A DNA stretch of 64,000 nucleotides, from NCBI RefSeq assembly GCF_030028105.1, contig NC_092379.1:24545821-24609820 (forward strand), read 5' to 3'. Position 1 is the stretch's first letter. Each line of letters begins with the position of its first letter. Both the position numbers and the translations under genes were made by a program. This document shows positions 59,729 through 64,000 of the stretch, piece after piece. The notes beneath the pieces were generated by a model. It searched no databases. It was not told the DNA's origin and worked only from the letters and a program-made list of their open reading frames with translations. This stretch comes from Mobula birostris (taxonomy: Eukaryota).

Positions 59729-60812
59729 CAGTACCGAAGCCGCCAGAGACATGGAGCTTAGGTGAGACAGATGAAGATGCCACTACGCAAGAACCAGATG
59801 TGTAAAGCGACACTGATCCAAATGTTGAACCCTTCATGTCTGATTATTCTCATTGCTAACACCACCAGAATTACATGACCTGGTCTGGCACTCAGAGTTA
59901 TCAAAAGCTAAAGCAGAACTACTTGGCACAAGACTGCAAGGATGGGGTTTGCTGTTACCAGGTACAAAAATTTCTATCTTTCAAAACCGTGAAGAACATT
60001 GACAAACTTATTTACGCAAGTTGAAAATCTGTTTCTGTATTTACATTGATTACACTGACAAAGATATGTCTGCATCCTCTTCATATAAAACACGGATTGA
60101 TGAAACATTTTGTGAAAACAATGAACAAAAACGTGACGAATTTCGCTATTTGAGACAGATGTTTAGAAGAATTATTTATGCCAAGATTAAGAAAGGCATT
60201 TTTATTGGTCCACAAATCAGACAGGCCATCAATGGCAGGGAGTTCGAAAATCTGCTAGTAGAGCCAGAGGAGGTAGCATGGAAGGTATTTAAGGATGCGG
60301 TTGAGAATTTTCTTGGCAACTGCAGAGCACCAAGCTAGATTGAGATGCTTAACAACATGCTTAAAACATTAAAAAAAAAACATGAAGTGCAGCATGTCAT
60401 TGGAAATTAATTTTCTGCATTCACACTTGGACTTCTTGCCTGCTGATCTTGGTGCAGTCTATGACGAACATGGTGAAAGGTTTCACCAGGACATGGCAAC
60501 CATGGAGAAGCGGTATCAGGGCAACTGGGATCCATTAAGGCTGGCGAACTATTGTTAGACACTGGCGCCAGTAGAACCAGATACTGAGTGCAAAATCATC
60601 TGAAAAACATTTTAACATCATTTGAACTAACACAATGTGCCAGCATTATTATGCAATTAAACCTGTTAAATTCAATAAACGTTTTAATGTCTATCCAAAT
60701 TCTTACGTAATAGAGCAATACTGATTTTTTTTTTTCTGAGCATGACATTGTCTGTTATAATCTCTATTTTGTTTCAGGTAGCAAATTGTTTGAAAAAAAA
60801 AGTTTTCCAGTG
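59729..60812 (+). mobile_element. Second, 5'-truncated copy of the Chapaev-like transposon
   Basis: Collinear with 57089-58174, with the same internal deletion junction (ATTG/ATTACACTGACAAAG); right end TTCCAGTG. Confidence 0.75.
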
Positions 60813-61185
60813 AGCTATTCCCGGAATGTACAATAAAGACTTTCCCAGTCTTTATATGAACGATTGAGCCTGGACTATTAACGTCCGGTCTACTTTGGCG
60901 CTCGTCTCTATAATACCATCATTAGATATTTATTTATGTATGTAAGCTCTTTTTGTCTGTCATAATGGGCCGCATATTCACTACAATGCATTTGTTGCGG
61001 TAGCGGCTGATGGGGGAGTCTTTTGGAACTGTATGGTTTTAGAACTGTATTCATGTAATTAGCAGTGAGTTTCCCCGTTGGCTGATGTTGAGGACAGAAT
61101 GTTAGTATTTAACATCTACGTCATTTCGAATATGAGAGATTAGTGCAGGGTTTTCAGCATCTCCTCTGCGGTCTTGGTGCTGGTA

Positions 61186-61224
61186 CATTTTTGTACTGCT
61201 CCTCTCATATTTTGAAACACTGTG
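61186..61224 (-). other. Second (extra) 23-RSS downstream of supporting Vdelta B
   Basis: CACAGTG (61224-61218), exactly 23 nt, ACAAAAATG (61194-61186; 7/9). Confidence 0.72.
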
Positions 61225-61241
61225 TAATCCACAACATTGAG

Positions 61242-61280
61242 GTTTTTTGTGCATCTCGCTTCCTCTTGTCTATCACTGTG
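61242..61280 (-). other. 23-RSS of supporting Vdelta B
   Basis: CACAGTG (61280-61274), 23 nt, ACAAAAAAC (61250-61242). Confidence 0.95.
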
Positions 61281-61586
61281 CCATTCGGCGACTGATGGCA
61301 CATCGGTACAAAGCCGAGTCGCTCACTTGCAGTTTAGAGATCGTTAACATGCTGAGTTTATTTTCTCGATCGACAGAACCGAAGAAGTGTCCTTCGGCAG
61401 CATTTTCCTGATCCTGTTCTCCAGAGGTATGAGTCTGGAGCAGAAATTCTGGAGGCTCTGCTTGGCGCTGCCGGTACCAGTGTATCGTGTATGGACAAAA
61501 CCCGGAATATTCGCAGCTTACTGTGACTACGTCATCAGGATAAGAAGATTGTAGAGGACGACCCAAGGACACCAGGGATATAGGAT
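61281..61586 (-). CDS. TRDV: Leaderless NAR-TCR-supporting TCR delta V exon (cassette B), open frame
   Basis: AG acceptor 61588-61587, phase 1. (D)PISLVSLGRPLQSSYPDDVVTVSCEYSGFCPYTIHWYRQ...LTISKLQVSDSALYRCAISRRM, with an extra Cys in CDR1. Confidence 0.94.
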
Positions 61587-62715
61587 CTGAAGGAATTTAG
61601 AAGAGGCATCACAATTACTATAGTATGGGTACTGGACTGGCCACGCATAGGAATTGGTGAAGGATTCATACCGGCTAGTTTCATTCACAATATGTCCAAA
61701 ATGTTTTTCGTGCATTTGGGAATTATTCCAACGACTTTCTGCGGTGGAGAAATATTTGCTAGATGGTGCAGGAGGGGAAGGGAAATTAATAGAATGAGAA
61801 GTTGAATGACTGTGTGAAAATGCTGGAATATGTGAAACCATGGGTATCAATAAATAAAATGTAGAGTATTTGTGAAATATTCTCAGAGAGCGAAAACCCA
61901 GCGAGTTGGAGGATCTACCTGTTCTATTGTGAAAACTTCTACGTTTTCCTTCTTTCAGGTTTGTTACAGGAAGTCAAATAGGAATTCTAAAATTCTGAGG
62001 GTGTTGCTTAGGTTTCCAGCATCAGCGGATTTCCGGTTCTATTGGCCTTCGCTGTGTCAAGTCATCTTCCTTTATTTTTAACACACCAGGCAGTTTCCAT
62101 ATTTTTTTTTTTGGTTTGTTTGTTTGTTTTCTGATTCTGTTTGTTCTGCCTTTGCTGCATAAAGTATATATGCTGTCATCTTAAGATGTTCTCAAGCAGT
62201 CTGACAGATTTAGCTTGCATTTCAGTTTACACTTAGGCGTCAGACTCAATTGTACCTTGGAGTCTCCCCTCACTAATTACACCGGTAGCTCGTTTCTGAT
62301 AAAAAAAAAAACTTAATCTTCCAGCCTGCAGTTTCAGTGGATCTATACTGAACAATCACTCAGCGAAGGACGCCCCTGAGAAGTTCCGTCAAACTTGATA
62401 GCCCGAGGTGCTGACCCGAGATCAGTATTGCTTCCGCTGCCCCTGAAAGAGCTAAGACAAAAGAAATACACGCTCTGCATATGGGAATGAACACCTGCGT
62501 CTCCTTTTGCACAGCTTGGCTACAGGTATGCGCTGATTTTACTTTTATGTTACCCTTCCTAAGACGAAGGCACGGCTAGCAATATGAGCGTGTTATTTTG
62601 CATCAAGCCCAACACAGCTTCCATAACAGAAATATGTAACCAAGTTGAAATTTTCAGCTAAGCTGCTTTAATATGCACATTGAAAAAAGAAGCTTTATAA
62701 AGTTGAAATACTTAC

Positions 62716-62773
62716 CGACTGTGACAGTGACCGTAGACCCGGTTCCATCTTCATTGTAAGTTTTGTAGTAACA
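62716..62773 (-). CDS. NAR-TCR J segment B, open (CYYKTYNEDGTGSTVTVTV)
   Basis: IgNAR-like D-G-x-G-x-x-V-T-V motif without the F/W of conventional J; GTAAGT donor 62715-62710, phase 1 matching the Vdelta acceptor. Confidence 0.92.
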
Positions 62774-62812
62774 CACCGTGATCCGACTCTCAATCTCACT
62801 GATACAAGAATC
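62774..62812 (+). other. 23-RSS of J-B
   Basis: CACCGTG-23-ACAAGAATC. Confidence 0.92.
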
Positions 62813-63112
62813 ATCTTGAACTCAGTCTATTCAGCAGCAATCATTGGACGGTTTTGAAACATTCCAAACTTTTAAAACAAGAACAACTGCATTCAGCGTT
62901 TCACAAACACCATTGAAGCTACCCATGCGAAGACATCTCTGTAAAGTGACCTCATCATACTTACCTTATGTCGGTTACCTAAACTGCAGCAAATGTCAAT
63001 AAATCCCTGAAAGGAACAAAGTACAATTGGATTCAGCTGATCACTGTGCGAATGTAATGTGACATATGATTTTATACCCCTACTGCAGAATATATATTTT
63101 AACGAGGCCAGA

Positions 63113-63183
63113 AGTTTTTGTTCGATTGTCTTCCGTTGTGTGCATTCCAGTCACCCACACTGTTTGATGTCCAGTTTAAATTG
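63113..63183 (-). other. NAR-TCR D segment B (coding 63141-63155, GGTGACTGGAATGCA) with 12-RSS on both sides
   Basis: 3' RSS CACAACG-12-ACAAAAACT; 5' RSS CACACTG (63156-63162)-12-TTTAAATTG (poor nonamer); frames GDWNA / VTGM / *LEC. Confidence 0.87.
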
Positions 63184-63498
63184 CAGGAGCCTCTTGGGCA
63201 GCAGAAAACATCCTCCCAGCTGTTCTTCCAATTTCCATGCTATTGGAGCAGGGTCCCATCTGAAGTATGCGATTGGGAAGTGGGAGTGTCATTCTCACTT
63301 GCTGTAGACTGCACAGTTCCTGGGGAAGGTGGTTTTCCATGCAAATACAGTACAGAAGAGAAAATAACTAGCGTACGAACTGACAACTTCCAATCCCATT
63401 GCAAACAATACTGTATGGAACGCAGTCGAAAAACCTTCTGAAATTACCAGCACATGAACTCTGCTGCTTCAGACACTGATCGGATAACTTCCATCTCT

Positions 63499-63536
63499 TG
63501 TTTGAGTACGGCGGTGGTCCCTTTCCAAACACCGTG
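63499..63536 (-). other. 22-nt-spacer RSS of NAR V-B
   Basis: CACGGTG (63536-63530), 22 nt, ACTCAAACA (63507-63499). Confidence 0.85.
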
Positions 63537-63827
63537 TGCACCATCTATATTCAGCTTTACAAAAATAGGTGGCACTGTCGTCAACTTCAAGATTCATAAT
63601 TTTCAGTGTAAATATCATTTTTGCGTTATTTTGCGCCTTGATAAATCTTGTTCCTGTGGAGATCCGTTCCCATCCCGTTTTTCGCTGTGTTTGTTTGAAG
63701 AAATGTCCGGTTACAAACGTATAGGTTCCCGTCCAACCAGGATGGAAAGTGCATGTGATTGTGAGAGACTGGCATTCACTTTTCGTCACCGCTGTCGGGC
63801 TCTGGGTCACGGTCTGGCTGAAGACGA
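63537..63827 (-). CDS. NARTCRV: NAR-TCR IgNAR-like V exon B, open frame
   Basis: AG acceptor 63829-63828. VFSQTVTQSPTAVTKSECQSLTITCTFHPGWTGTYTFVTGHFFKQ...WERISTGTRF...FTLKIMNLEVDDSATYFCKAEYRWC; no CDR2 (IgNAR-like short domain), FR1 Cys. Confidence 0.93.
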
Positions 63828-63973
63828 CTGGAAATTAAGAATAACGAGAAGCGAAACAGCATTAGATATGACACACACAAGAAGGCTAGCAACATGACTT
63901 CAAGGATCCTGTATACACTCGTTCAGTTTCGTATTTAACACGATTATACTGTAAATTTGCGAACAGTACTCAC

Positions 63974-64000
63974 GGTCAAAGCAGAGGCACAGTGTGACAT
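63974..64000 (-). CDS. 3' part of the leader exon of NAR V-B (..VTLCLCFD), cut by the window edge
   Basis: GTGAGT donor 63973-63968, phase 1; homologous to leader A. Confidence 0.75.

Noticed and set aside
63042-63048. Perfect heptamer between D-B and J-B suggesting a second D
   Set aside because: No nonamer at either spacing, and not conserved at the homologous positions in cassettes A and C.
743-63897. Most short ORFs in the supplied track (60-150 aa)
   Set aside because: They are antisense or off-frame shadows of V exons and TE ORFs, or low-complexity or N-containing frames, with no independent coding signal.
63988-64000. CACAGTG on the plus strand and an ATG at the window edge on the minus strand
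   Set aside because: Both fall inside the leader exon; the ATG is out of frame with the splice phase and the heptamer has no testable context.

Overview
This is vertebrate genomic DNA from a cartilaginous fish (probably a ray, an impression from the repeat families only). It covers part of the T-cell receptor delta locus carrying NAR-TCR cassettes on the minus strand. Each cassette reads leader - IgNAR-like V - 22/23-RSS, 12-RSS D 12-RSS, 23-RSS J, intron, then a leaderless 'supporting' Vdelta with a 23-RSS. Cassette B (61.3-64.0 kb) looks intact in every part visible; its leader start lies beyond the window edge. Cassette A (1.0-4.0 kb) has a frameshifted and stopped NAR V and a phase-shifted J, but an intact supporting Vdelta with a perfect RSS. 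Cassette C (58.8-59.3 kb) is a remnant: the J has a stop, the D heptamer is dead, the supporting Vdelta is deleted, and the V is missing or in an assembly gap. About 52 kb between A and C is transposon debris: CR1 LINEs, a Gmr1-like and a PNMA-gag Gypsy LTR element, Penelope-like fragments with minimal hammerhead ribozyme motifs, a V-SINE, a Chapaev-like DNA transposon and a few doubtful V relics. NAR-TCR itself is a known system (first described in nurse shark). The least explained observations are: a second complete 23-RSS 54-56 bp behind the normal RSS of both supporting Vdelta genes; an 83-bp-arm hammerhead-repeat palindrome where cassette C lost its Vdelta; Trp41->Phe in both NAR Vs; germline CDR3 cysteines; and 12/23 compatibility between cassettes. 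All alignments and translations were done by eye, with no database searches.
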